From Candidatus Bilamarchaeaceae archaeon (GTDB taxonomy: Archaea > Micrarchaeota > Micrarchaeia > Anstonellales > Bilamarchaeaceae), in contig JAWCKZ010000004.1 in NCBI GenBank assembly GCA_038851325.1, positions 5,160 through 69,159 of the forward strand: a stretch of 64,000 nucleotides of DNA, read 5' to 3'. Both the position numbers and the translations under genes were made by a program. Positions within the stretch are counted from its first letter, which is position 1. Each line of letters opens with the position of its first letter. This document shows, piece after piece, positions 18,217-27,942 of the stretch. The notes below the pieces were generated by a model, which had not been told where the DNA came from, made no database searches, and saw nothing but the letters and a program-made list of their open reading frames with translations.

Positions 18217-19875
18217 TTATGACTCATCCTGAGAGGAAATATTTATTTCATATGTTATTTTTACTCTTTTAGAACCACTGGCAATGTAAAGAGGCACCCC
18301 AAACATGATTTCGTCACCAAGATCTTGGTAGAAGATATTGGCTGGATAATTATCATAATTTAAATACCTCCTATCTACCCCAGATATATTAGAGGCGGAG
18401 ATACTTTCCAACTTCCCTTGGTATGGAACTTTAATTATACAAGTGTCACCACCTTTCATACCAATCATACCATAATCCTCTTTATCTATGGAATCTATGT
18501 AAAATGAATTGCTACCCTTTGTGGTAAATGTCACAATCTTCCCATTTGGTTTTTGAGTTTCTTTATATGAAGAAACACAACTCGGTACGTAAGTTACGTT
18601 AGAGATGAGCCTAATTGAAGGATCACCAAAAAGTACCCAGTTTCTAAGATTGAAGAGAACAAAGTCTCTACTATATTCATTTGTGTTTACAGGAGATCCC
18701 TCCAGATTTACTTTATACTTCTCAGTTACCATAATGTATCTATTTTTAAGGTCTTTTAGTGCAACACCTATTGGAACGTCCGATCTGAATGATTCATCTC
18801 CTAGGGTTTCTAATGGGGTTATGCTTGTGGTAGCAACATGCGTCGCACCTATATAATTCAATGCCCCACTCTGGAGGAAGCTTAGAACGATTGAACTGCT
18901 AATGTTTCCTGTCTCATTATCATTCCCAAATCGTGTTTCATTTATGGGTGAACCGCCATTGATTCTAGCAGTCGTACAGGATATCGCAAGTACCAGAATA
19001 GCATTTGTTTTGAGTTCAGATTCAGTACCGTTGGCATATTTACCTGCTAAACCATGGGGTGTACCTATGATCATCTCATTGTTGTCGAGCAGTATGGTTG
19101 AAGGAGTACCATGTGCACCTATTTTGATGAGTTCTGCATTTGCAAAGTTTTCCTTTACTCTATCAAGGGTAGCCCTATTCGCATCGTCACACACGCATAT
19201 GGCTCCAGCACAGCTAGAAAGACAGTTTGTTATAACTTTCGATCCTATAGGAGAACCTGAATAATCACCAAGTCCATACACGGTCATATTTGGATGGGGG
19301 CTATAAGCAAGGAGTCTCTCAATATAATTTCTGAGGGTTTTTGCATTTCTCGAGGTAATAAAGCCATAGGCGGTATCTAAGTAAGGATCGTCATCAAACT
19401 CTCTAACTAGCAAATCAATACCATCAGTAAATCCAACAGTTAGTTCTTCCGGAGTTGCAAATATAACCGTATAATTTGGTTTTATAATTTTTAGAGCATT
19501 GAGCGTTTCATTTATATCTTTATGGTAAGTTATAAGTGTTGCATTCTTGTGTTGTGCAAAAAATCTTGCTTCTTCAATAAATGGAGAACTTTCATTAACA
19601 ATGACAACATAATCTGTCTTATGAAATTCCGTAACGTTTATCTCATTGGATGATAGTTCGTTATCGGCTATTGGAGATTGTTCTTCTATAACTGTGTTTT
19701 CAGTTTTATTGATTGCAAATTTATCTGGGTTATTAATGGATTCGGTTGACTCTATGAACTTATCATTGATGGATTCTACAGATGATTCTTCGATTGAATT
19801 TGATATACAACCATACAGAAAGAACATAAACATTAGCAGGATTACAACGCAAGTCATGCTATAACCTTTTGACAA
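18217..19875 (-). CDS. Secreted/lipid-anchored protein, possibly a clan-CD (gingipain/legumain-like) cysteine peptidase
   Basis: Signal peptide with a lipobox-like LYGC, then a long S/E/N-rich linker. A His-Gly (IGAHG) lies about 48 residues before a hydrophobic strand plus Cys (LVLAISCTT), consistent with a clan CD dyad. The functional call is weak. 552 aa. Confidence 0.35.
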   Translation of the reverse strand: MSKGYSMTCVVILLMFMFFLYGCISNSIEESSVESINDKFIESTESINNPDKFAINKTENTVIEEQSPIADNELSSNEINVTEFHKTDYVVIVNESSPFIEEARFFAQHKNATLITYHKDINETLNALKIIKPNYTVIFATPEELTVGFTDGIDLLVREFDDDPYLDTAYGFITSRNAKTLRNYIERLLAYSPHPNMTVYGLGDYSGSPIGSKVITNCLSSCAGAICVCDDANRATLDRVKENFANAELIKIGAHGTPSTILLDNNEMIIGTPHGLAGKYANGTESELKTNAILVLAISCTTARINGGSPINETRFGNDNETGNISSSIVLSFLQSGALNYIGATHVATTSITPLETLGDESFRSDVPIGVALKDLKNRYIMVTEKYKVNLEGSPVNTNEYSRDFVLFNLRNWVLFGDPSIRLISNVTYVPSCVSSYKETQKPNGKIVTFTTKGSNSFYIDSIDKEDYGMIGMKGGDTCIIKVPYQGKLESISASNISGVDRRYLNYDNYPANIFYQDLGDEIMFGVPLYIASGSKRVKITYEINISSQDES

Positions 19876-19935
19876 TCAATATATCTTTTTTGAAGGTTAA
19901 AAAGATTTTTAATCTGCAACGCTCTGAAAAAAATC

Positions 19936-20667
19936 ATGCTTGTACTCGTTGGAGCGGGTGTGAATGGAGATTTAACCATCGCTGGCTTGGAAGAACTCAA
20001 AAAATGTGATACCATCTATGCCGAGTTTTACACCAATCCTTTACTCAAAGAAAAAAAGGCGAACATGGAAAGAGCGATAGGAAAAAGAATAACTGAATTG
20101 GAGCGAGAAAAGGTGGAAAGCAGCTTTCTTATAATCGAAGCCATCGAAAAGCGAGTTGCGCTCATAGTTGCAGGAGACCCTCTTATAGCGACAACCCATG
20201 TTGTACTTGTGAACGAATGCAGAAAAAGAAATATACCGATAACGGTTATTCACAATTCCTCTATTTACACGGTCGCACCGGCAAAAGCAGGCCTGCAGAT
20301 ATACCGTTTCGGAAAAACCGTAACGCTTGTGAATCCACGTGAAAGATATAAGCCAACCTCGCCACTTGAGGTAATAAGAGAAAATCTAAAGCGTGGTCTT
20401 CACACGCTAGTGTTGCTTGACACCGAACCAGAACCTATGGACGCGAAAATCGCACTGAGACAACTCTTTGAGTTTAAATCCGCTATCGTGCTCTCACGAG
20501 TTGGTGAAGCTGATGAGCGAATAATCTACGGAGATATAAATTCCCTTTTGAATGAAGATCTTGGAAAACCGCCATTCTCCATTATAATTCCAGCCAAGCT
20601 TCACATAGTAGAAAAAGAAGCGCTTGAGTGGTACTCGCCTGCGCCACGTAAGGCGTGCGTTGCTTAG
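19936..20667 (+). CDS. dph5: Diphthine synthase
   Basis: Tetrapyrrole-methylase fold. It is collinear with archaeal Dph5 (GDPLIATTH ... GLHTLVLLD ... IIPAKLHIVE). Confidence 0.9.
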   Translation: MLVLVGAGVNGDLTIAGLEELKKCDTIYAEFYTNPLLKEKKANMERAIGKRITELEREKVESSFLIIEAIEKRVALIVAGDPLIATTHVVLVNECRKRNIPITVIHNSSIYTVAPAKAGLQIYRFGKTVTLVNPRERYKPTSPLEVIRENLKRGLHTLVLLDTEPEPMDAKIALRQLFEFKSAIVLSRVGEADERIIYGDINSLLNEDLGKPPFSIIIPAKLHIVEKEALEWYSPAPRKACVA

Positions 20668-20763
20668 AGTGAGCGTTACTTAAAGTGAATTACTTGGATG
20701 ATATACTTAAAAAGAATAAAAAATAATAATATGTAATTAAAGTAATCATGCATCGGTGAACTT

Positions 20764-21504
20764 ATGGACAATTACGATGAGATAGCTGACATGTATGACC
20801 TTATTTACGTTGGAGATTTCGATATAGATTTTTATGAGCGCGAGGCAAAAGAAGCAAATGGGCCGGTTCTAGAAGTTGGTTGCGGAACAGGACGCGTTCT
20901 CCTCGAACTACTAAAAAAAGGAATAGACATAGAAGGAATAGACATTTCTAAAGAGATGCTGAGGATATTGAAGAATAAGGCAAAGATAAAAGGTCTTTCG
21001 CCCCACGTCTATTATGCTGACATGCGTGATTTTTCCCTAAAGAGAAGGTACGGAATGATAATAATCCCGTACAGAACCTTTCTCCATCTTTCTACCGACG
21101 TTGATAGATTAGCAACGCTCAAGAATATATACAAGCACTTACTTCCAGGAGGAAAGGTAATAATACATGTCTACAACCCCTCCCAGCCAGAGTTGGAGGC
21201 TACGAATGAGTTTAAACCCGTGGATATCACAAAGTTCAGAATCGGTCAAGATGAAATAACTGTTCTGTGGTATATGAGGTACTCAAAACCAGCAAACAAG
21301 GCCGAGTATTTGATAGTGTTTTACAAAGGAAAAAAGAAAATAAGAGAGTTTAGTATGACGCTACATTTCATTAACTACAAAAAAGCAAGAGCCCTGCTCA
21401 AGAAAGCAGGATTCAAAAACATAGCGGCATACGTTGATTTCACCAAAAGGCCGTATCGTTCAGACGAATTTGGAAAGGAGATTCTGTGGGTGGCGAGAAA
21501 ATGA
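20764..21504 (+). CDS. Class I SAM-dependent methyltransferase
   Basis: Motif I VLEVGCGTGR, an acidic motif II, and motif post I. Confidence 0.8.
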   Translation: MDNYDEIADMYDLIYVGDFDIDFYEREAKEANGPVLEVGCGTGRVLLELLKKGIDIEGIDISKEMLRILKNKAKIKGLSPHVYYADMRDFSLKRRYGMIIIPYRTFLHLSTDVDRLATLKNIYKHLLPGGKVIIHVYNPSQPELEATNEFKPVDITKFRIGQDEITVLWYMRYSKPANKAEYLIVFYKGKKKIREFSMTLHFINYKKARALLKKAGFKNIAAYVDFTKRPYRSDEFGKEILWVARK

Positions 21505-22028
21505 GTGTTCTCTCATTTTTCCGCCGTTTTTTACCGAACGAGCCGGCCTTTGAGAATACTGATTTTAGAGAATTCGAAGATTCGCTTCATAATTTTATGA
21601 TGTTTTACCCGAAGCACTGGAAATTTGAAAAGACGACAGCAATTGTTGAAGGAGCGTACAACATTATTTTTGATTCCAGCAAATCTGACACAAGCCTATG
21701 CATAAGTGTAGACATGCGGCCTCCGTATGCATTTACCGAAAAAAAATTTCTTGCCTTTGCCAAACGTGAAATAGAAAAGCCATCCGCGGGGGTAGTAACA
21801 ACAGCAAAGAGATCCCGGTTTAAATCCTACCCCGCAATGACAACCACTTATACATTCCTAAAAGGCCAAACTGAGATGTTTGGTGAGAGGATTATATTCT
21901 ACACAGGAGATAGGATATTTTCTATTCTGTTTCTCTGCCCGCTCTCACAGCACGATAAACTGAAAAAGACATTTGAGTATATAAAAGATTCGATCACCAT
22001 AAAACCTAAAAAGGCGATTCTTTTATGA
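21501..22028 (+). CDS. Hypothetical protein, translationally coupled to the upstream methyltransferase
   Basis: ATGA overlap with the methyltransferase stop. No recognisable motif. Confidence 0.45.
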   Translation: MSVLSFFRRFLPNEPAFENTDFREFEDSLHNFMMFYPKHWKFEKTTAIVEGAYNIIFDSSKSDTSLCISVDMRPPYAFTEKKFLAFAKREIEKPSAGVVTTAKRSRFKSYPAMTTTYTFLKGQTEMFGERIIFYTGDRIFSILFLCPLSQHDKLKKTFEYIKDSITIKPKKAILL

Positions 22029-22192
22029 GAAAGAGTGCAAAGAAGTTTACTGTTGAGGTGTGCGCAATGTGTGGGAAGGTTGCAAAAAAAGAGGACTATA
22101 AAGGGGAGATATTCGTGTGTTCACATTGCGGATCAGATGTCTCGATTGTTATGTCCAGAAAAATGTTCTTGGAAATCGCCAAAAAAGAATAA
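22025..22192 (+). CDS. Small zinc-ribbon protein, 55 aa
   Basis: CxxC ... CxxC (CAMCGK ... CSHCG). ATGA overlap with the preceding gene. Not in the ORF track because it is under 60 aa. Confidence 0.4.
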   Translation: MRKSAKKFTVEVCAMCGKVAKKEDYKGEIFVCSHCGSDVSIVMSRKMFLEIAKKE

Positions 22193-22203
22193 ACGGGATG
22201 GAT

Positions 22204-23892
22204 ATGGAATTGGAAGAGATAATTAAAAAACACGCGCTGAAGAATGCGTTCGACTACGGAAAGGCTAACGCTGGAGCTGTGGTTGGTAAGGTGATAGCAG
22301 AATACCCTGCTGCAAAGACGGAGATGAGCGCAACCATAAGGATAATTGGTGAGATAGTAGCAAAGGTTAACAGAATGAAAAGAGATGAAATTGTCGCTGA
22401 GATGGCACAGTATGTATACACTGAGAAAAAGAAAGAGAAAAAAGGCATCGAACTACCTGATGCGGAGTACGGAAAGGTTATCACGCGTTTTGCTCCAGAG
22501 CCAAACGGCTATCTTCATATAGGCCATGCAAAGGCTGCGCTACTGAGCTATGAGAGTGCGCGTGCCTATAGCGGAAAAATGATACTCAGGTTCGATGACA
22601 CAAATCCTGAGAAAGAATCTCAGGAATACGTTAATGCTGCAAAGGATAGCCTTAAATGGCTTGGTATAGAATGGGCTGCTGAAACTTACACTTCTGATAA
22701 TATCCCGCGCGTGTATGAAGCAGCCGAGATGCTCATAGCAAAGCAGAGGGCATACGTATGTACTTGCGACATAGAAACATTAAGGAAATTAAGGGGAAAA
22801 GGAGAGGCATGCCCTTGCAGAAATTTAGACATTGATGAAAATTTGGCACGATGGAAAAAAATGCTTTCCGGGGGGTACAAAAAAGGAGAAGCTGTTCTGA
22901 GATATCGCGGCGATCTAAATTCGCTGAATACAGTTATGCGCGATCCAACACTCGCAAGGATTATGGACGCTGAACATTACCGCCAAGGCAAAAAATACCG
23001 AGTATGGCCTTCTTATGACCTTAGTATAGTCGTGATGGATGCGATGGAGGAGATAACTCACCCTATGCGCTCCAAGGAATACGAATTACGAAACGAGCTG
23101 TATTACTCCCTGTTTGATGATTTGGGCTGGAAAAGACCGAAGATGATAGAATTTTCAAGGCTCTCAATAAAAAATGCGCCCATAAGCAAAAGGCTTCTTA
23201 GACCGCTTGTAGAAGAAGAAAAGGTGAGCGGGTGGGATGACCCAAGGCTACCGACGTTAGCTGCTCTTAGAAGGCGCGGTATTCTTCCGGAAGCGATAAG
23301 AAATTTTATTCTATCCATAGGACTTTCAAAAACTGAAAGCGAGCCTGGATGGGAACTTCTCTTAGCAGAGAATAGAAAGCTTCTTGATCCAGTGTCTAGA
23401 CATTATTTCTTTGTAAGATCGCCGATGCTCTTAAAGATAAAAGGTTTAAGAAAAAATGTGAAAATAGCGCTCCATCCAAAAAAGGAATTCGGGTTCAGAG
23501 AGATTGAAATCGCAGAAAGCGTATATATAAGCGGAGATGACGCAAAGACATTGAAGAAAGGTGAGATCTTCAGGTTGAAGGATCTATGCAATGTATTGGT
23601 GCTAAAGAAAGGAAAAAGAGAGATCGAAGGAGAGGTTACGAAGGATAGTATAGTTCCAAAAAAGATTCAGTGGGTTGCAGCTGGAGATGAGCTACTGTGC
23701 AGCATCATCATTCCGCATGATCTATTAAAGGACGAGAAATACGACCCGAACAGTTTGGAGATTGCAGAAGGGTATTGCGAGATGGGATGCAACAACTTAA
23801 GCGTGGGGGATGTTGTTCAGTTTGAGCGGGTTGGTTTTTGCAGGCTCGATAAAAAAGAGAAGGATAGATTACTGTTTGTCTACAGTTGCTAA
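22204..23892 (+). CDS. gltX: Glutamyl-tRNA synthetase (archaeal non-discriminating type)
   Basis: HIGH motif (PEPNGYLHIGHAKAA) and class I core. Start reassigned to MELEEIIKKH. Confidence 0.9.
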   Translation: MELEEIIKKHALKNAFDYGKANAGAVVGKVIAEYPAAKTEMSATIRIIGEIVAKVNRMKRDEIVAEMAQYVYTEKKKEKKGIELPDAEYGKVITRFAPEPNGYLHIGHAKAALLSYESARAYSGKMILRFDDTNPEKESQEYVNAAKDSLKWLGIEWAAETYTSDNIPRVYEAAEMLIAKQRAYVCTCDIETLRKLRGKGEACPCRNLDIDENLARWKKMLSGGYKKGEAVLRYRGDLNSLNTVMRDPTLARIMDAEHYRQGKKYRVWPSYDLSIVVMDAMEEITHPMRSKEYELRNELYYSLFDDLGWKRPKMIEFSRLSIKNAPISKRLLRPLVEEEKVSGWDDPRLPTLAALRRRGILPEAIRNFILSIGLSKTESEPGWELLLAENRKLLDPVSRHYFFVRSPMLLKIKGLRKNVKIALHPKKEFGFREIEIAESVYISGDDAKTLKKGEIFRLKDLCNVLVLKKGKREIEGEVTKDSIVPKKIQWVAAGDELLCSIIIPHDLLKDEKYDPNSLEIAEGYCEMGCNNLSVGDVVQFERVGFCRLDKKEKDRLLFVYSC

Positions 23893-23946
23893 AGATCTAA
23901 AGATCTAAATAAGTAAATAAGTAAAGATCTAAATAGGTGGGTAAAC

Positions 23947-24378
23947 ATGAAAAATGAAGAAACGAAAAATATTTTGATAGCAGGCGCAATGATGCTAACA
24001 TGCGGAATTGTTCTTTTTGCCTTAATGGCTTTTTATCTCGTCACATCAATGTCAGCGAAACCAGATCTCTCTGAAGATGCGATCGAAGGTGGGGAAAAAT
24101 CTGTTTATGATAATTTTGCAAAATGCCTGACCGAAAAGGGGGCAATTATGTATGGTGCGGATTGGTGCCCGCATTGTCAAAACCAGAAAAGAATATTTGG
24201 AGATTCCTTTCGTTACATTAATTACATAAACTGTGAAAAAAATTATACGACCTGCGTCTCAGCGAAAATCGAAGGGATCCCAACTTGGATAATAGATGGG
24301 CGAAGGTATACCGGTGAGCAAAGCCTCCAGACACTTGCCAATATAACAGGTTGCAATCTTAACACTTCGAGCAAATAG
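23947..24378 (+). CDS. Membrane-anchored thioredoxin-fold thiol-disulfide oxidoreductase
   Basis: N-terminal TM helix, then a WCPHC active-site motif. Confidence 0.7.
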   Translation: MKNEETKNILIAGAMMLTCGIVLFALMAFYLVTSMSAKPDLSEDAIEGGEKSVYDNFAKCLTEKGAIMYGADWCPHCQNQKRIFGDSFRYINYINCEKNYTTCVSAKIEGIPTWIIDGRRYTGEQSLQTLANITGCNLNTSSK

Positions 24379-24634
24379 ATTCTCAAAACCTAACCGCGAA
24401 CCGAAGCTCTGTCAAAAAAGTAATACATAAAAGGGAAACACGTACTGAAGAGGCTTGCATCAAAAGCTAAACATAGACAAAGATGACCCTCGTCTCAGAA
24501 AAGCGAACAACTGCAGCAGCCCCATAGCCGATCTGCCAGCCCGGCATTTTCCTTCTAACTTTTTTAGCCGCATTTGCCATTAAAAATATTTCGGATTTAA
24601 TCCGATTGTCTGAGAGCTTATCTGAGGGACCTCT

Positions 24635-25696
24635 ATGGATATTGAGAAAAAAATAGAACTTGTTGCAAGGCCACCGACGAAAGAGATTGTAAGCGAGAAA
24701 AAACTAAGAGAAGTGTTTGAGAAGTATTCCTCTCCAAGAGCGTACGATGGTTTTGAGATATCAGGATTTGTTCACCTTGGCACTGGTCTTTGTACAGCTC
24801 TTAAAATACGTGATTTCATGGAGGCCGGTATAAAGCCCATTATCCTTCTTGCGGATTATCATTCCTGGATTAATGAAAAGCTCGGTGGCGATTTGGATAA
24901 GATAAGAAAGGTCGGAATGGGTTACTTTAAGCATGCCTTCGTATCACTCGGCCTGGACGAGGAGCACGTCGAGTATGTTCTTGCTAGCAGCATATACGAT
25001 AATGACTATTGGGCGGATGTACTAAGAATTACCAAAGAAACCACAATAAACAGGATGTTACGATGCGTTACTATAATGGGACGAAAAGAAACCGAGATTA
25101 CAAAGGCAGCAGCCATGATTTATCCAGCAATGCAGGTTGCTGATGTTTTCAAGCTTAATGTACAGCTTGCATTTTCCGGGATGGACCAGCGCAAGGCGTA
25201 TATGCTCGCTATAGAGCTTGCAAAGAGTAGAAAATACGATTTTGTCTCCGTCCACGGCCATCTTCTTCCAAGCCTTCAGGGAATACAGAGAATGAATCCA
25301 ACAGAGAATGATATAATAGATGCAAAGATGAGCAAGAGTAAGCCGTCCTCTGCGATATTTATTCATGACAGCGAGGACGAGATAAAATCAAAGATAGGAA
25401 AGGCATACTGCCCTGAAAAAATGCTGGAGGGCAATCCGATTATAGAGTACGCGCAGTATCTCATCATACGCGAAAAACCCTTAAAGGTAGAAAGACCTGC
25501 AAAGTTTGGTGGCGACATTGAGTTTGTCGCTGTTGACGAGTTAAGGAAAACATATGCTGAAGGAAAGCTCCATCCGCTTGACCTGAAGAATGCAGTTGCC
25601 CGCGAGCTAATTGATATGCTCAAGCCTTCAAGAGATTATTTTGCAAAGCATAAAGAATATCTTGAGCAGATGAAGCTTGCCGACATCACGCGATAA
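24635..25696 (+). CDS. tyrS: Tyrosyl-tRNA synthetase (archaeal type)
   Basis: Collinear with M. jannaschii TyrRS (HLGTG ... IYPAMQVADV ... KMSKSKP ... GNPIIEYA ... FGGD). Confidence 0.9.
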   Translation: MDIEKKIELVARPPTKEIVSEKKLREVFEKYSSPRAYDGFEISGFVHLGTGLCTALKIRDFMEAGIKPIILLADYHSWINEKLGGDLDKIRKVGMGYFKHAFVSLGLDEEHVEYVLASSIYDNDYWADVLRITKETTINRMLRCVTIMGRKETEITKAAAMIYPAMQVADVFKLNVQLAFSGMDQRKAYMLAIELAKSRKYDFVSVHGHLLPSLQGIQRMNPTENDIIDAKMSKSKPSSAIFIHDSEDEIKSKIGKAYCPEKMLEGNPIIEYAQYLIIREKPLKVERPAKFGGDIEFVAVDELRKTYAEGKLHPLDLKNAVARELIDMLKPSRDYFAKHKEYLEQMKLADITR

Positions 25697-25803
25697 AATT
25701 AATGATCACCCAAAAGGTCGCAGACCCATCTCACGCATATTTTTAAATACTTCGCTTAATTTTACAAATATTAACACAAGACGATAACGCTTAATAGCGC
25801 CTG

Positions 25804-26271
25804 GTGGGTTGTATGATTGTTTCAAGATTGAAAACCTGGTCCGGTAAGGAACATCGCATACTTAAAATTCAAGAAAGAAACAAAAGGATAATACGTGAGA
25901 TTAGAAGCCGAAACCCAAAATTAAGTTCCTCAGAAGACGATGGGAATATAGTCAAACTCCTCAAGAGCAAAAGCAAGAGAGAAAGAGCGGTTGGTATGGT
26001 GTTGCTCGGTAACGACATCGATGCGTTGTACAACTTCGCAAAGAATTCCGCTTATAAAGATGTTAGAATGAAATGCGTAAATCAACTGCTGCTACTTAAA
26101 AAAGACGGTAACGAGGCAGAGAGCGCCTTAGAGAATCTGGTGTATTTTTCCAACTATGAGGATGTAAAGTTATTTGTTGTACCCCACCTAAAGAGCGAGA
26201 CGCTACGAAAAGTTCTTAAGTACACCGAAAACCAAAAGGTAAAAGAAGAAATCAAGAAGTATGTTGAGTAA
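25804..26271 (+). CDS. Hypothetical protein, 155 aa
   Basis: ORF only. Confidence 0.35.
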   Translation: MGCMIVSRLKTWSGKEHRILKIQERNKRIIREIRSRNPKLSSSEDDGNIVKLLKSKSKRERAVGMVLLGNDIDALYNFAKNSAYKDVRMKCVNQLLLLKKDGNEAESALENLVYFSNYEDVKLFVVPHLKSETLRKVLKYTENQKVKEEIKKYVE

Positions 26272-26281
26272 GGATATTCCC

Positions 26282-27001
26282 CTACTCCACTTCCTTTATT
26301 AACTCATCCACGAGCGTTATAACCTTCCCTTTCTGCTCTTCCAGAACCCTTACGACTTCTTCCCAAGATAGTCTATGTTTGGCGATTCCACATGCATAGT
26401 TCGTACCAATCGCAAGCGCCGCAAATGGTATCTCAAGTTCACCTACGAGCGTAGCTTCATAGCCATGCGTCATACTAACAAGATTTGCACCGAGCATGCT
26501 TAATGCCCTTATTTCCGCTCTTGTTTCGAATCGAGGTCCAACAGTCGTCGCCACAATTCCGCCATCTTTTAAGCGAATGTGGTTTGTCTTCGCACGTGCT
26601 AATAAAATGCCTTTAAGTTTTTTATCGTATGGCCTTGAAAAGTCAATGTGCTTCATCCCGTCAGAAAAATCATCGAAGAATGTAATCGGTGTGAAAAGTC
26701 CTATAAAGTCATCAATAAGAATAAGATCTCCTGGCCTATACCTTCGTGAGAGTATTCCAGTAGCATAGATTCCAAAAACGGCTGTCACACCAAGTTCTTT
26801 TAGCGCCCAGAGGTTTGCTTTGTAATTTATCTTATGCGGTGGGATAGCGTGTGTTTCACCGTGCCGCGGGATAAAAACAACATCTTTTTTGAATATCTTT
26901 GTCCTCTGCACCACAGCCTCTCCGAACGGCGTTTCTATTCTCTCGCGCTTTTCCTTTCCTTTGAGAAAGTAAAATCCGGTCCCTCCTATCATCCCAAGCA
27001 T
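26282..27001 (-). CDS. mtnP: 5'-methylthioadenosine phosphorylase / purine nucleoside phosphorylase family
   Basis: GMIGGTG ... PRHG ... MTHGYEA motifs of the PNP/MTAP family. Confidence 0.8.
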   Translation of the reverse strand: MLGMIGGTGFYFLKGKEKRERIETPFGEAVVQRTKIFKKDVVFIPRHGETHAIPPHKINYKANLWALKELGVTAVFGIYATGILSRRYRPGDLILIDDFIGLFTPITFFDDFSDGMKHIDFSRPYDKKLKGILLARAKTNHIRLKDGGIVATTVGPRFETRAEIRALSMLGANLVSMTHGYEATLVGELEIPFAALAIGTNYACGIAKHRLSWEEVVRVLEEQKGKVITLVDELIKEVE

Positions 27002-27003
27002 GC

Positions 27004-27201
27004 TTATCCCTCAAATATCCTCGGTTTTTCTTCTACCCATATCTCATATAGCGCCACGCTACCCTGCTTTCTTTTGATGATGTATGTCTTAAATCCCTTC
27101 ATCTCGTAGTCCTCTGCTATTCTTTCGGCCTCATTAATATCCAAAACCCTTGCTACACACCGCGCAAACTTTTTTATAAGCTCCTCTTCCATAATTACCA
27201 T
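27004..27201 (-). CDS. Small hypothetical protein, 65 aa
   Basis: ORF immediately upstream of the MTAP gene, 2-bp spacing. Confidence 0.3.
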   Translation of the reverse strand: MVIMEEELIKKFARCVARVLDINEAERIAEDYEMKGFKTYIIKRKQGSVALYEIWVEEKPRIFEG

Positions 27202-27413
27202 TTATTTTATTTCTTATATCTTGTGCTTAAAGGGCATACCATGTATTATTTTTAAATATTTTCAGCATTTTTAAACTTTTTTTGACACCAAAAAACAAAA
27301 GATTTTTATAAATTTGGATTTTCAAAAAAAAGCATTAGCATGCTTATTCTGGGTGCATGGGAGGATAACTGGTCGCCTTGCCAGCGCATTTCGATGCGCT
27401 GGCCTAATCCTGT

Positions 27414-27881
27414 TCACTCCTCTTGTGGCAAATGCTTAACTTTCTCCCATTGCTCAACAGGCCCCTCTCTTAATATAAACAAAGGATGGACTTCTATTCT
27501 TTTTACCTTTAGCAATTTTCTATATGCAAGCTTGTTTCTCGTCCTAAGCCTTCTCTTAAGCTGCCGGAATTCGTATTCTATCTGACCTTTGTTTACCTTT
27601 ATTTTGTCCCTTGTTGTCTTACCTATCTTAAATTTGTTAAAACGATAGTGTCTTTCCTTGGCTTCCCTCCATATATAAAATAAATACGTATTAATCAAAC
27701 GAATTGGGTTTTTGTGCTGCTTGAATCTGATAAGCTGAGGGTGGCTGGTGTACCCTCTAGTCTTACCTTGTAGGATTTTCTTTGACAACAATGCTTCTCT
27801 CCATAGAGCTACAAGTCCCTTACAATCAAGATATTTTGGGTGTATGCTCCAGAGCCGCATAAGGATATACGCTCGTTCCAA
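27414..27881 (-). CDS. T4 endonuclease V-like pyrimidine-dimer DNA glycosylase family protein
   Basis: The N-terminus (MRLWSIHPKYLDCKGLVALWREALL) aligns by eye with the T4 endoV N-terminal catalytic region (LVSELADQHLMAEYREL). Confidence 0.5.
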   Translation of the reverse strand: MERAYILMRLWSIHPKYLDCKGLVALWREALLSKKILQGKTRGYTSHPQLIRFKQHKNPIRLINTYLFYIWREAKERHYRFNKFKIGKTTRDKIKVNKGQIEYEFRQLKRRLRTRNKLAYRKLLKVKRIEVHPLFILREGPVEQWEKVKHLPQEE

Positions 27882-27942
27882 TTTTTAAATCTTTGAAGCC
27901 AAAGTAATACAGCATTTAAATGTATCCAACCAATTCATTTTC

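Noticed and set aside
22035-22226. 63-aa GTG-start ORF in the track
   Set aside because: A different frame of the same DNA encodes a CxxC...CxxC zinc-ribbon protein with an ATG start coupled to the upstream gene, and that reading was preferred. The 591-aa track ORF start at 22117 was also replaced by the downstream Met (22204) that matches GluRS N-termini.
27340-27585. 81-aa plus-strand ORF
   Set aside because: It overlaps the 3' end of the pdg-like gene on the other strand and contains the UUCG hairpin. It has low-complexity composition and is likely non-coding.
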